Of a stretch of DNA of 64,000 nucleotides, positions 33,201 through 48,200 are shown piece by piece. The position numbers were made by a program, and so were the translations under genes. The stretch spans positions 43,524,001 through 43,588,000 of the forward strand of contig CAIIXF020000001.1 of the NCBI GenBank assembly GCA_903813345.2. The letters are read 5' to 3'. The first letter of the stretch is position 1. Each line of letters opens with the position of its first letter. This stretch comes from Owenia fusiformis (lineage: Eukaryota). The notes beneath the pieces are model-generated. The model saw only the letters and a list, made by a program, of their open reading frames with translations, did no database searches and was not told the origin of the DNA.

Positions 33201-36200
33201 GGGGTGATATAAATACTTTATGATAAATGATCATAAACTATTGTTATTATAGTCACATACAGTATTTGTATTAAGTATTTCCAGTAACAATATACCAATA
33301 AAATATTTATGTGAATACACTTTAACTGCTCTCTGGTCGGACAGTATAATACATGTGTGAGTCCTTTTAAATCATTACAAAACTAAATGGTAGTCCAGAC
33401 TTCAAGTTCAACGTGATTTACAGTATTTCCCTCAAGGGGAGGACACTTTACTGCCTGCCACTTTTATTTTACATATATTTTTCAGAGATTTCTGTGAATG
33501 GAGAGCCCTGAAACCATTCTCACAGTGCTATAACCCAAGATACTTAAATCCTCCAAGGTTTACTTATAACTGAATTTTGCACTATAAATCTAAGTGTGCA
33601 GAGTTCTTTGAACATGTACTCCCCATCCTCTTGCCTTTCATTCCTCTTGAATGGGTTGTGATTTGTATTACAGTTATACATACAAGTACAAGCATACAAA
33701 CTGTTTTTGTTGAAAATATATTGTCAATAACTGGTAAAAAAGTTTGTAAAAAGTATACTGCATTTATATTGTAATATAAGAGTTCTGATATCTAGCTGTG
33801 TCAATGTCTGCTTCAGAGCCCTAGCAAGCAATCTAGGACGGTTATTTATAGCTATAGGTAGATCTATAGATTCTCATGAACGTCTTTAAGTCTTTATATT
33901 TTAATATGTCTACCTGAAATTGTTCACAAGAATATAATATGTATCATTCTTTTTCTCGACCAAATTTGAATAATTGCTATCTAATTTTACTTGAGAAGTA
34001 ATGTCTATGGTAACACAGACTATGGTGCCCTGAAGCAGATAAAAAACATGTATACATGTATTAATAAAAGCTGGATCTCTGTGTTTTTATCTGGTTTTGC
34101 AGTTGTTTATCCGCAATGTATGATCATCAAAGTATAACAGATTTTATGAAGTCAACTTCCATCAGATGTCTAAGATCAGTAATAATATCATATTCCTATA
34201 TGGTAATATATACAGTATGTAAAACTACATGTATTGGAATATAGTATTACAGTATGAAAATCTAGATGTCCAAAATTACTTATTTTTTCAGTTAATGCTT
34301 ATCACAAGTAGCAAAGAGCCAGAGAGATGGATTGTCCCAGGTGGTGGAATTGAGCCCACAGAAGACTCACTATTCGCTGCCCAAAGAGAGGCTCTTGAAG
34401 AGGCGGGTGTAAAAGGAGTTGTCAGCAGAGAACTTGGAGTATTTGAGGTTGGTTATTCTCAAAATATACATTCTATTGATTCGATACAAATTAGCTGTTT
34501 TCTCTTGAGAATTTTTTCTTTATACACAAAATACTATTTTTCTAAATCAAAAGTCAAAAATGCCTATTTAAAGGCAGTTGAGTTTTGTCAAAAGATGCAA
34601 ATAAAGGTTGGTGTATGTCTTTTGATCTCTCCAAAGGGCTGTTTTGTTGTCATCTTGTGCTGCTGGATTGTTGGGTGTGCCACATGAATCTTGTTGCAAA
34701 ATTAAGGTGGGTGCAGCACCTACATGTTTTATTCTATGGAGAACACATATTGTTAATATAGATATCATATCAAAATATCAGTCTAAATTCAATCTCGTTC
34801 AAACATATCAGTATTAATTATGATATTTCTAGTCAAAATGACAGACCTCTCTTTAAATGCAATTCATGGGTTAACTAAAATGATTGGTATGTTTGCTGGG
34901 ATATGTTGCCCTATGGTGTTGCTGTTATGTAGTTTTTCTATGCCTCTCTCCCCTAATTCATGAAGCATATTTGTTACATTTACAAAAATAAGGTACTGTT
35001 CTATCCTTGAACTAAGACATTTAGCAACAAGTTTATGTTGACTTTGGTATAGTGAGAATTTAGACCACTTTCTCGGCTAATGAGCATTCTACAAGATATT
35101 ATTCATTTTTAATGATGACTTACACCCAAGCAAATATGTATCTGGTCTAGTCTATATATACATATTTCTTATTTTGATGTTAACCCTTTTTGGCTGAATT
35201 GAGTCCATTGGCTCACATTGTCAAATGGAACATCTGTTGTTGGAACACCTTTTTCATATAGAACATTGATGACCCATCTGATCTATATACATATTTCTTA
35301 TTTTAATGTTGACCCATTTTGGCTCACATGAGTCCATTGGCTCACATTTTCATATGGCACGCCTGTTGTTGGAACACCTTTTTCATATAGAACATTAGTG
35401 ACCAATCTGGTCTGTATTTCTTATTTTGATGTTGACCCTTTTTGGCTCACATGAGTCCATTGGCTCACATTGTCAAATAGAACACCTGTTGGTAGAACAC
35501 CTTGTTCATATAGAACATTAGTGACCCATCTAGTATGTTTACATATTTCTTATTTTGATGTTGACCCTTTTTGGCTCACATGAGTCCATTGGCTCACATT
35601 GTCAAATGGAACACCTGTAGGTGGAACACCTCGTTCATACAGAACAGTTTTTTTCTTGTTCAGCGACCCATTTTTTTCTAGTTCAGCAGCCCATTGGATA
35701 TTAATGAACCTCTCTATCAATAGAACACTTCTTGTCCCAAGGTTGTTCTACTTACACAGATTTTAATCTACATGTACATATATTTCACCATTGCTAACTC
35801 TTGTAAGATGCCTAATACCAACAATATCTGAAACGGATTACATAAATAGAGAATACTTAGGGAAAGCATACATAAACATTTATAAATCCTTCCACTAAAT
35901 TTTAACATCTGTGGAACTACACTGGTTTCAAACAAATATTTTGGCCAATCTGAGTTCTGTTGCCTCAATACTCCATTAGTAATCTTGAAATATAGATGAA
36001 CCGATTTCTGGTTCACACATACATGGTGTACCCTGCGTGCAGAGTCTAGTTAAACTACACTCTGCCTAGTAGAGACCATATTACAGTTTAGTAGCCCCGC
36101 CCCCACAACGGGTACCGGTGACAGTTTGGGTTATAAATAACTTTTGACCTACGCGCTGACCTTTCTTCCAACAATCAGCGAGCTTGAAGAAACATACGCC

Positions 36201-39200
36201 AAATGCGTTCTAATTAAATATGCGCATGTCATTGGTCAATTCCGGGCTCAACGATGATGTCAGAAGGAATGACCATATATAAAACGTCGGTCAATTTTGG
36301 CCGACGAACACTGATTGGCGCGGTGAGTTCACAGGTTTATTTTAGTTTGAAAGAGTGAAGACGAAGCTCTCTTTTAAGAAGTGAAGTCAAACGAATACAA
36401 AGGGTAACATGGTGTATCTAGCTCTTTGTACAATTTACAACTCTTTCTGTGTGAACAATGGACATTGTATTATTTTGTTCATTGATAAACTGTATACTGT
36501 TCTGAGGACATAGTACTTTCTTTTGTGTACAGTTAATACAGTTAAAGAGAGAATCAGATCTAGCGAACAGGCTAACAAAAAATTCTGGCTTATGTCATTC
36601 CTTTTCATGCCTATTTTTCTAAAAATTCGCAAAGTGCACACTTTATATCAGGAAAACTAAAGATTTTCAAAATAATGTATTATTTTTCTCTAAGAATGGT
36701 TACCATTCTTATTATTTGGGAGAATTTAAACATTTTCCATCCATTTTTTCAGTTTGAATCCATTATAACTTCACCAATTTATTACATATCATGAATCTTT
36801 TGGGAGATATTGTATTTGAGATTGTAAGGAATAGATTGGTAGGTCAATTGTACATGTTGCTTGTAATTTTGTCACCCCCATAGATCTGATTCTGCCTTTA
36901 AACCTGTATAACTCAGAATAACTTTGGTATCTCAATATTATCGACAGGTTCTACTTAAAAAGGTGTTTCACTTTACTGTATAGAATGTTTTGTTTGTTTT
37001 GAAATATACTGTTCAATGCACAGCCTCATTATCTAACTAAAAAATTGAAGAAGGATCATCTCAAATGAGATCTAGAAATTAAATGTGTGAAATCTGTCTG
37101 TTGTTGCCAATGAATTTATAAGCCTGAACCATTTTGATAAGATATCAATATTTTTAAGGACATCTGTTATGAAATACAGCTAAGTAGCCTCCATAAAAAG
37201 CAGTCTAAATTGTATCCTTTATTACCACAATATATTGTGTTCATTTACAATTTTACTTTATATTGAAATATTATGCTTTGAATATATTGTAAATATAGCC
37301 TTGACTTGAATCATTGCTTTATCATCTTCAGATTTAGAAATGTGAAATATAATGTCATCATCACCAATTCTAAATACATAGATTCAAAAATGCAACTTTT
37401 GCCGCATCCATGGTATTGCAGAAACGTAGAAAATGCTCACAATACATTTTATTCAGTGAATGTATTAAAGCTAGACAGCATACAGGACATCTAAACTATA
37501 TGACTCTTTTGGTGATAATACTGCTTCATTATCCATTCATTGTGCAACATCAAATGAAAATTGATTTTCCTTCATATTATATATAGGATTATTTAAGTTT
37601 GGCTTATTCCCTGTGTATTTGTGTACTTTTCATTCTGTCAATATTTGTATCAGTCATGATCTATCGGGTTAGCATGAGTCAATCATATCCAATTGGATAT
37701 TTGGATTTTTTTTGTATAGAGGGTGGGCCAAAAGGGTAACATTTTTGCCCCACTCTGTATATACTGAGCCTAAATTCCCAATATTTTCCTACATTAGCAT
37801 TTATTTGATTTGCATGAAGATTGTGCTTAGCCTTTATTGTCTTCTGATGAAGTACCATAGACAAGTCAAGTTTGGACTTGATAAAGAATACCAATGGCGA
37901 AATTCTGAGTCATATACTTTAACTATCATCTTGACTCTTCACTGTTCTGAAGACTTCAGTCTTAATTTTTGTTATCCTGTGCTAAGGGCTGATGTGAAAA
38001 AAAGTCAGTATGGTCCAATGGGGATCAAACTCATACTTAACTTAGCCCTATGGAGCTAAATGTCTCCTTTATTTCATGATAATGTGACTTAATATCACAT
38101 CGGTGATTTCATAAATTGGCAACTCTGACTATTCCATGTGAATTGGGCAATTTTCCAGAAGTAAGTAATCAAAGGCGGCAAGATATTATTTCATTATTCT
38201 TGCAAAATGCCATTCAGAGTGTCATTGTGTGGTAATGAGAAATTCAGAACTTTCTATGTGTAAGCTAACATAAATGCTCTGTAAGGAATGAGATGGTAAC
38301 CTTGGAAAGAAGGAAACAAATTACATAACCTATTGTGGCTTTTGGCATATTAGATCAGTATGCTTCTGTCTAAGTCTCATGGGTGAAATAAAACACATTT
38401 GTGGACTCTTGAGTAGGATCCATTAGCACAAATACACAATAAGGGCATTATGGTGTCATTTAAAGAGCATTTGAAATAGAACTTGCCTATATGATTGTTG
38501 TGATATGATCTTGCCCATGAACTGAGATTTGGGGAATTGTCCAGTTTAGCAATACTTTCTCCGCATATATTTATCTTTATACTCCATTTTAAATGACCAT
38601 CTCTTGCAAGACTGGTGAAACTCGGATTCTGAAGACCAGTTATATTAATTTATACAGGAACAGCTTCTGCCCCTTGTAATATGGTATTTTCATGTGTGTT
38701 TGTTTTCAAAATGATTAATGGGAATTCCGTTTGTCACATGCCTCCATTGATTGTCTTTATAGAGGGTCTCTATGACCTTTTCATATCTGACTTGATACAA
38801 ATGCAATTTTATGAAAAAAGATGCCATGACCTGACCCTGCCTTCATTTGCAGTAAAATAATAGACCAATTAGTGTCAAATTGTGATATTGTTATCACACC
38901 ATCATATCTTTTAGGATTATATTTTAGTAATTTTTATCACACTAACAGTGTTGAGTAGTGCATAACTGACATTAGCTGCATTTTATCAGTGTTATAGTAA
39001 AGCTCTACATCCAATTTAGAAAACCTGTTTGCCCATTTCTCTGTCCTTTTAACCTGGCATTCTATTCATCCGTCCATCTGTTGGTTCAGGTACCTGTGCC
39101 CCAATGTTGCATAGTTGTAAATAGACACATAATTTCTTACATTGTTTTATTTCAGAATTGTGACAGGAAGACTCGGACACATGTATTTGTGTTGATAGTG

Positions 39201-42200
39201 ACAGAGGCAGTCGAGGATTGGGAGGAGGCCATCAGTATGGGTAGGTTCAATTTTGATTAATAGAAGGAGATGCCTGATCATCTGAATAAGGATGTAGGGG
39301 CATTTTGTTTATCATCTGATAAAAATGCATATGAATTCTGCAGAATTCAAATTTAAGTATTTATGTCTGACATATTAAGATTGAAACCATAATCCATAAT
39401 TCAGCCATAATTCAATAAATTGTGTTAAAATTCTTATTGAAGTTTATACTTTAAGCCATTTACCATACAAAACACAGTGATTGGTTAAAAAGATAATTGT
39501 TATAACTGAAAAGTATACATCAGATTATTGATTTGTGTTGCAGACATTATATATTAAGGTCAATATGGATTGTGACAAAAACCTATTTCCCATACTGTAA
39601 TTTTAAGGACTTAACTAATAAAATAAGTTATAGGATGCAAACTTATTTCATTCTCCCCCAGGGACTTTGCTTATTGATGGACATTACCGGCTCACTGGTT
39701 AAGTACAAAGCTAAAACCTAATTTCTACACAAGCCCATAGGTCTAGCTAAATACGAATAAAGACTGTAGTGCACTGTAACACATTGATTTTTTTCAAAGT
39801 CAGAAATGTCCATGTAACACTTCATAGTGAGGTTCTGTTATCATTGTCATAACCCAAGGGGCAGTTGATGAATAACTACAGTTTGGAATCAATATACAGC
39901 GTATACAAGTTCCTTCCCGATGAATAGGGATTATAAATCCTTAATGAAAACTGTCAACTTATTGTTAAACTATTTCTTGGCATTTCCCGCATTGATCCTA
40001 TTTCGTGACAGAGATAAGATAACTTCTGGCTTTTTTATATTCTGTATGGCATGTTAGTGTCAAGAGAAATAGAAATGTCTAACGTGATAAATATTTTAGT
40101 TAAGAGTAAAAGAAATCGGTTCATGTTTGTGCAATTAAAAATCTGAATAATAATCACTCACAGATCAAAAATAAATGTTATTGAATTTAAAGTTATCAAC
40201 TGAACACATTTCAATATGGTTGTAGGCAGTAGCTGATGCAACCTAATACATGGTCACGAAATTGAACATTGTCGTTAATTGAAAATGTGACAATTTGTTT
40301 CAATATATTTAGTTTACACCTTCATATAACACTACCTAAATAGTACCTCATTCTGTAGGTTATGTTAGTAAATCATGTATTTTCTCTTTGAATTAAGATG
40401 TCATGTTTTCGAATATTGCAGGACTGTTCATCATTCTATACAATGAGCAAAAACATTGAAAATATCCATGTTACCAATCCATTCAATGTAAATAGCAAAA
40501 TAAATGTGACCAATTAGATGTCACATTTACAAACATGATCAAATGAGAATTGAAGCAGTCCAGCCTAGTGCCTGTTGCTGGATTGGGTCAATAATCCAGC
40601 ATAGATTCTTCAAGACTGATGATCTATCATGTGAAGGGTGTGAAATATTGACAATTTGCAGTATTGTCAGGTATTACTGTTCAAATATAGTGATTATTCT
40701 GATTAGTTAGAAGTTAGATGTATAATGTAACATACAATTCCTTCTTCAAATTCCAAATATCAAATGATCTGTATGTCACAACTGGCATTCTGAATTCTAT
40801 CGGGAAACTAGCATTTGTAACAAACTGTTACCTTTTTTATGTCCCCACCACATAGTGTGGGGCCATATTGTCGGCCTAGGCGCGTCCGACTGTCTGTCCG
40901 TCCGTCTGTCCGTCCGTCCGTCTGTCCGTACGTCCGGGAGTTTTCTCCAAAACTGCTACAGACATCGCCTTAAAATTTTCAGGGATAACTTATGAGTGCC
41001 TATAGATGTGGATGAAAAAAATTTAACTCGAAACCTACTTCCTGTCGGCCATTTTGAAGTCAAATGCTAAAATCCTTGTCTGCAAACTTTAAGAAAAACT
41101 GCTTCACAGTTGCTTTTAAAACTTTAACATCTTGTTCAGCTCACTTCATTCTAGATCTGATTAGGTTTTGGACCTGTTAGCTCAGTCATGTCAGCCATTT
41201 TGAATGTCTTAAGAAAAGTTAGCGCGCGATAATACTTTGTATCATATTGAATGGTGTTTTTGAGTTTTCATACTTTAACTATTTAGTAGCTTTATAAATA
41301 ATTTCAGATATACTTTGTTGTAAAAGCCTGCTTTATTGTTAACAGTAGTTATATGTGATAATTTTGTAAAAAGAAATCAGTAAGAACTCATAAGGACTTA
41401 TTTATTGTCGGCCATTTTGGATTTTTCGGACCTAAAATCTTGTCTGTGAAGTCTTGTCTGCGCGTTTTCAGGTGAACCGTTTGGTGGATCAATTTTAAAT
41501 TTTCAGGGATAATTCTTAGTATAAAAATCTAGATCTCATTAGTTTTCTGGCATTCTGGGTAAATGTCAAGGCAGCCATTTTGGATTTTCCGTCCTAAAAT
41601 CTTGTCTGTAAAGTCTTGTCTACGCATTTCCAGGTGAACCGTTCTGTAGATCAATTTCAAATTTTCAGGGATGATTCTTAGAATGAAAATCTAGATCTGA
41701 TTAGTTTTTTGGCATTCTGAATAAGTGTCAAGGCAGCCATTTTGGATTTTCCGTCTTAAAATCTTGCCTGTAAAGTCTTGTCTACGCGTTTTTAGGTGAA
41801 CCGTTTGATAGATCAATTTCATATTTTCAGGGATGATTCTTAGTATGAAAATCTAGATCTGATTACTTTTTGACATTCTGCGTAAATGTCAAGGCAGCCA
41901 TTTTGGATTTTCCATCCTAAAATCTTTTCTGTAAAGTCTTGTATACGCGTTTTCAGGTTAAACCGTTTGGTAGATCAATTTCAAAGTTTCAGGGATGATT
42001 CTTAGTATGAAAATCTACAAACAGATTAGTTTTTTGACATTCTGGGTAAATGTCAAGGCAGCCATTTTGGATTTTCCATCCTGAAATCTTTTCTGTAAAG
42101 TCTTGTTTACATGTTTTCTGGTTAACTGTGTGACGGATCAATTTCAAATTTTCAGGGGTGGTTCTTAGTATGAAAATCTAATTTTTTGGCATTCTGGGTA

Positions 42201-45200
42201 AATTTTAAGGTGGCCATTTTGGATTTTCCGTCCTCAAATTGTGTTGGTAAAGTCTTGTCTACTCATTTTCAGGATAACCATTTGACGGGATCACCCATTG
42301 GTGGGGACATTTTGTACACATTTGTGTTCTTGTTTAACAATTGGCAGATGTTGGCATTTTGAAATGTTTTGAAAATCTTGTTAAATATGAACCTATTTGC
42401 TGTTGATTTGTTGATACCCTCCACTTAGAAGAATAATTTATGAAGAAAGACAAACAATCATGATTACAGACTCAACAAGATACTATTTTTCTCGAGACTA
42501 AGTAAGAGCAGACTTCCCTTAGTTCATGGAGATATTCTGTCACATGAACGTTTTTTTAAGCAAGACATAACTATCATCGTCTTTCATATATTTTATATGC
42601 TAAACCTGGACTCATATGCTGTAATTGTAGCATAAAATATTCAAAATAGACAGTTGATTTATTGAGATTTCATCAAATAAACAAAATATCCCCATATTGC
42701 TAAGATCAAAGAATATTCTGTATGAAAAAGCATCCATTACTTATTGATTACCCTCGTATATACATTAGATACCTGCCAAATACGTACTTTAGATTATTGA
42801 TGATGTTTCCAATAATAACTCTCAGAACTGCTAGATTAAACTTGAGACATATTAATATGTTAGCTAGGTAGACATAACACAACTTCATATCATAATTAAA
42901 TCATCCCACATTGCATTTTATCTTTTTTGTCTACGTCAAAGGATCCATAATACTGTTGTTATAGTATTGTTGTTGCCTATATCTTATATCTATATTACTT
43001 CATCATATTTTGTATGAATTAAAAACTATTTGGAGACAGTCCTAACAACATTTCTTTTTGTCATATTCAGTATTATATATTTTTCTTCTTTTGCACCTTG
43101 TGACTCCATGTACATTTTCTATAAATCCAAAAACCATTGTATCTTATTCAAAGAAATACAGAGATATTACTTAAATGTTTGTCAACATCAAAATAAATGT
43201 GGATACATGGACATTACCCTGCATGCAAAGTTTAGTTATAAACTACCCTCTGCCTAGTATGTAGAGAATTAAAGTTTAGTAGCCCTGCCTCGACGTTCGA
43301 TGCCCATGATAGGTCGGGTCATTAATAATTTCAAACCTACCTTGCTGACCTTTTCTCAACCAATCAGTGAACCAGAGAAAATACATGCTAAATGCGTACT
43401 CATTAACTATGTGGTGATGTCAGAGGAAATGGCCATATGTAGAAAGGGAAGCGTAGAAAGTTGTCCATATTTCGATGATGAACTCTGATTGGCTCAGTGA
43501 GTTCAGAGATTCAATGTAAACTGGAAGAGTGAAGATGAAGCTCTCTTTTAAAAAACAAATGCAAACAAAAGCAAAGGGTTCATGTGCATATGTTCACATT
43601 TTTTATTTTGACCTTACTGTTACAGAGATCGATGATGATTGGTTACATTATTAACAAATGTAAATTCTTCACCATCTAACCATAAGGTAACAATGGGTCT
43701 TTTTGAGATATGATATTATTAAGAACACTTACTATCCTTGTTTTATAGAATCATTAATCACCAGATGGAATAATATCAAGAAAAGGGAATTAATCCATCC
43801 ATCTTTATTTACTCCGCTCTCTTCAGCTGAAAATCGTGAAGACTGAGTCTTTGAGTGTGCAACGATGTAATCTATTGCAGATGTTAAGGAATACATCCAT
43901 AATCATTCTGATACCCATTACATCCCTGTGTAAAACTAGCAACATCCATGACTGAGAAGAATCAAGGTGACTTTGATAATCAAATTGATCTACGATATCT
44001 TGTAAGCGTGATAAGATAAGTGTGAAGGTTGAACATGATACAGAAATGACATTACATAAATATACGAAGAAGAAGTCCAAAACAGTATCTTTAATATTCT
44101 AATCATCAAGGTAATCAATAAAATTGAACTTTATCTTGTTACTATGCATATTGAAGATGGAATTGTTAACAATACAGTCATCAATTTTTTTATGTATGTT
44201 GATTAGGCATCAAAGGCTATACATGACGTATATACTCGAAAATTGTTTTTGGTATTTGTGTTATTTAGGTTGGCACTTTACTGACCTTGTTAGAAAAATG
44301 ACCATGATAAACCTTGATATGACTATTATAAGTAATAGATACCCTGTTTGACATATTAATCAGTGATTCAAAAACATTCATCATAATTAAAATCTCCGAG
44401 GCGAAAATTAGTCTGGTGTATATATGTTTAAAATTTCAATACAATTCTTCAGTGCTTGGGATCAATATTACACAGACCATGCATTTTTAGCACATGTACT
44501 TGGGACATTTTTTCTAAATACTGATAAGGCATGGTTCAAAAAAGAAAAAAAGATCTACTGGCAATGACCATGATACACTTAATCAGTTAAGATCATTTGT
44601 AATTAATATGACTTGAGTGAAGTGAAGTCTACTTTAACAGTGTCAGGTAACTGATAGACCATTATTGAAATACCTTTGAGGAATACCAATTAGAATATAA
44701 TCTGGTCTGTTCAGCTAATTGCATCACTATCCATGTATTGTATTAAACCTATGCCTACGCATGTTTAGCATCCCTGACAATAAAAGAAGTTTTCAATTTG
44801 TAATAACAATAACACCACACTTTAAAGGTCATTGTATTTATGAGTAAGGGATTTACATGAAGGCTGGTTCCTCTATTTCAGCATATTTACCAGATTATAA
44901 GATGATCCTGATCTAAGTATTACTTTCCCATCTAACAAAGTTCGGAGGGATATTGAGAACGCCTCCGCCTGTCCATCTGTCTGTCCGTCCATCCGCATGG
45001 TATACTGTATAATGACACTTTTGGTAGAAGGTGGCCATTTTGAAAAATGGCCACTATTTTAACGTATTTCACTATAACTCTAAAAGTGGTGGAGCGATTT
45101 CATTCATATTTGGTATGTGAATACTATTAAGCAAGGTACACTGTCTATAATGACACTTTTGGTAGAAGGTGGCCATTTTGAACAAAATGGCCGCCATTTT

Positions 45201-48200
45201 CGATATATACTTTGTTATGTCAAAATGCCATCCATGGCTGTTCGATGAGATTTGCTTCGCTTCAGTTGCTGTTGTCTAGTATTATTCAGTATTTATACAG
45301 CCAACAAAAAATGCAAAATTAATACCTCACCTAAGATGAACTCTGGAACTTCCATAAGTCATATGCTGTATCTCACAGCGCATTGCTACATCCATATAAC
45401 TTCAAATGCTTGTATCATTCAGAACATTTTAGACTATGAAAATGCAAGAAAAGAAACTGTCAGATTAGTGTCATTATTATAATAAATATTCATTGACATC
45501 ATCATTTACTAGTATGTATGATCCCTTTATTGAATATAGGGCCCTTTAAGTTTAATGAAAATAAGACCTGTTATTTAAAAAAGTCGTTTTATTGAAAACA
45601 GGACCCTTTAATATTCTCAGTTTATCTAGTCCCAAAGATAATATAATGTTATCATTCTTAGAAATCAATATCTGGAATATGTATGGATATGTCCTCATAT
45701 GTTACCATCATCCTCACAAAATGTCCTTAAAAGAACCTGGTAAAAGCTAGGTTCAAGAATACACCAGAGGAATCATATCATTCTATATTTTTTGGCCTTT
45801 TGTTTTGATTTGTGGAATACATCTCTCATTGGATAGAAATACTGTAAATGTACATTTCCTATTTCAAAATACATGTAACCTGATGAAATGTTGGAATATT
45901 GCGATGAAATGTGAATTGTTTGTATTTGTGTGTTGAAATAATGAATTCAATTCAATGTTTTGCAATGAATTTTCCATCCTGTTGTCTGTGCATTTGTCCA
46001 ACAGATTGGATTCAAATTTTATAGGCTGATGCTGCGCATTATGTCCAAAGGACCTCTTCTCAAGAAGGAATTTTTATTTTGGCAGCTTAATTCAAAATAT
46101 TATTTGGTGTCATCACCATATTGTAGGTTTGAATTGACAGCAGAACTGTATTACTGCCTGGATATTTCTATATAATCTAATGATCTAAATGATAGATGAT
46201 TTGATGAAAAATGTTTTGTTCCCTTTGGATTTACTACTGTTTTTTTATTTAGTTTTGTTAACCATATCTTCTCAATTTATATGGATTTTTTTATCTATTA
46301 GCTCAACTTTTCTATCCTCTAAATCACCCTAGATTCTTACTTCCTATTCATAAATTAAATCAAAAGCTTATCTTGTCATATCATAAAAACAATTAACAAT
46401 GTTACATACCTTTACTGACTACTACAGGCCCGTAGCCAGGGGGGGTTTGCAGGGTTCGGGCGAACCCCCCCCCCTGGCCAAAAATTCTTTCAAAATCATG
46501 CAGTTTTTGACCATTTTGAGCACTTCTCTAGTGATTTTAGCCTTATTTGGGCCAAAATTGTCAAATGTGAACCCCCCCTGGAAATTTTTGAAAATTGAAC
46601 CCCCCCTTGGCAAATCCTGGCTACGGGCCTGTACTACTACTACATGTACTGCTACATAATAATAGGGCATCAACCATAAGATGAGACTATGAGATGTATT
46701 TGTATTTACAAGAGTTTTAGTTCCATATTATACCTAAGGATCAGATTGAAATATCAATATGTATTTATAACTCATGGTCTTAGGTTACCTGTGTTTTATA
46801 CAGTGCAAAAATAGACAATACGATACATAAGCATAGAGAAGGGTTATATCAATTTAGGATCAATCTTGCACCTGGAAACTAGGGATGTCACAGTTTCCCG
46901 ATATTGTCGGACGGGACAACCCCTGTGTTTCGAATTTTTTTGTTCCATGTTCAGAATATATTATTTTTTCTCCTGTATGCATGATGAATATGATCTAGAC
47001 TAGAGTCTTTCGTATTTATAACTAATCTGCCAGATTACGTTAATGCGTAAACGCCATCTAGTGGCAATTACTATTTAGTTATATTATTAAACGAAAATTC
47101 AGGACAGAACATGTAGTTTCATAGATAACAATTGTTTTCCTTTGAAATATGCTTTAATTCAAACAATAACAAAGAACTTTATTGGCAATAAAAGTACAAC
47201 TTAAAATTAATCTCAGATAACGAGTTTAAAGTTATTAACTATTTTATTGGTTATATCCCGTCCTGAATGTCCCGTCCTGAAATGGATATTTAACTTAAAG
47301 TAACTTAAACAGGTAATAGAAGAAGTACCAGTAAATGACTGTTTGCCAGTGGGTCGCTTCAAGTTATTTGCTTAATTCAGCATCTTCATTCATAAGATTT
47401 CAGTTGTTCTTTAGACCCAGTGGAAAGCGACAATGTAATTCAGTGGATATCATTGATTTTCTAATGATATATTTCTTGGAAGAAAGGATACAGTTATGTG
47501 AAAACAAAATCAATTTAGTGGGTTTGATGTGGCCCCTTAATGTGGATGTTCTGCTTTTGTAAATGACCCCTTTATCTATACTACTGTTATAAGGTCTCTC
47601 AGTACAGAAAGGTGTTGTTGATAACAATAAAAGTGTTCCAAAGATTACAACAGTTACTTACTACCTGACCTTTTGCTTATTTATATGTCTCTAGAACTAA
47701 AAAATAAAGAAAATACAGTTAGGGCACATTTTTGAAAACACTTGTGTCATCCTTTGGTTCCTTATTGTAATTAGTTTTCCAGGTGAGGTCCAAATTCTTG
47801 TCTATGCATTTCCAGGCAAACTGAGGAATTGATAGCAAATACTCAGAGAAGTTTCTTTCTTTGAAACTTTTTTAATTGGAAGGATGTACTAATTTTTAAA
47901 AGCAACCAATAACTACTCATTGGTGCAATATTTTTCACACTGTGTCCTGTTGTAAGCACATTTACACAGATAAGATAACCTTAAGATAAATTGAATCTGA
48001 TTTTCATATAATAACAGTTAAGTTATAGCACTGTCAGAATGTTGATTGTATTGATTTGGGTATCTCTTCAAATATGTTGTTAGGTTGATAAATATAAAAA
48101 ATATGAATCATCTTCCATATTGTCATATTTCAATGAATACACATGTTTGCACTTAATGGCACATTCTCGTAGTCTTATAATATAAAACTGTATTGGTTCT

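Noticed and set aside
34448..34687. Extended single-exon Nudix ORF (34229-34687)
   Set aside because: Homology is confined to 34292-34447 between AG and GT sites; the remainder is intron read-through.
37212..37221. Further U12-like donor motifs (GTATCCTTT at 37212, ATATCCTTT at ~56869, GTATCCTTA at 63838)
   Set aside because: No adjoining exon or suitably placed branch site and acceptor was found. A few chance matches are expected in AT-rich sequence of this length.
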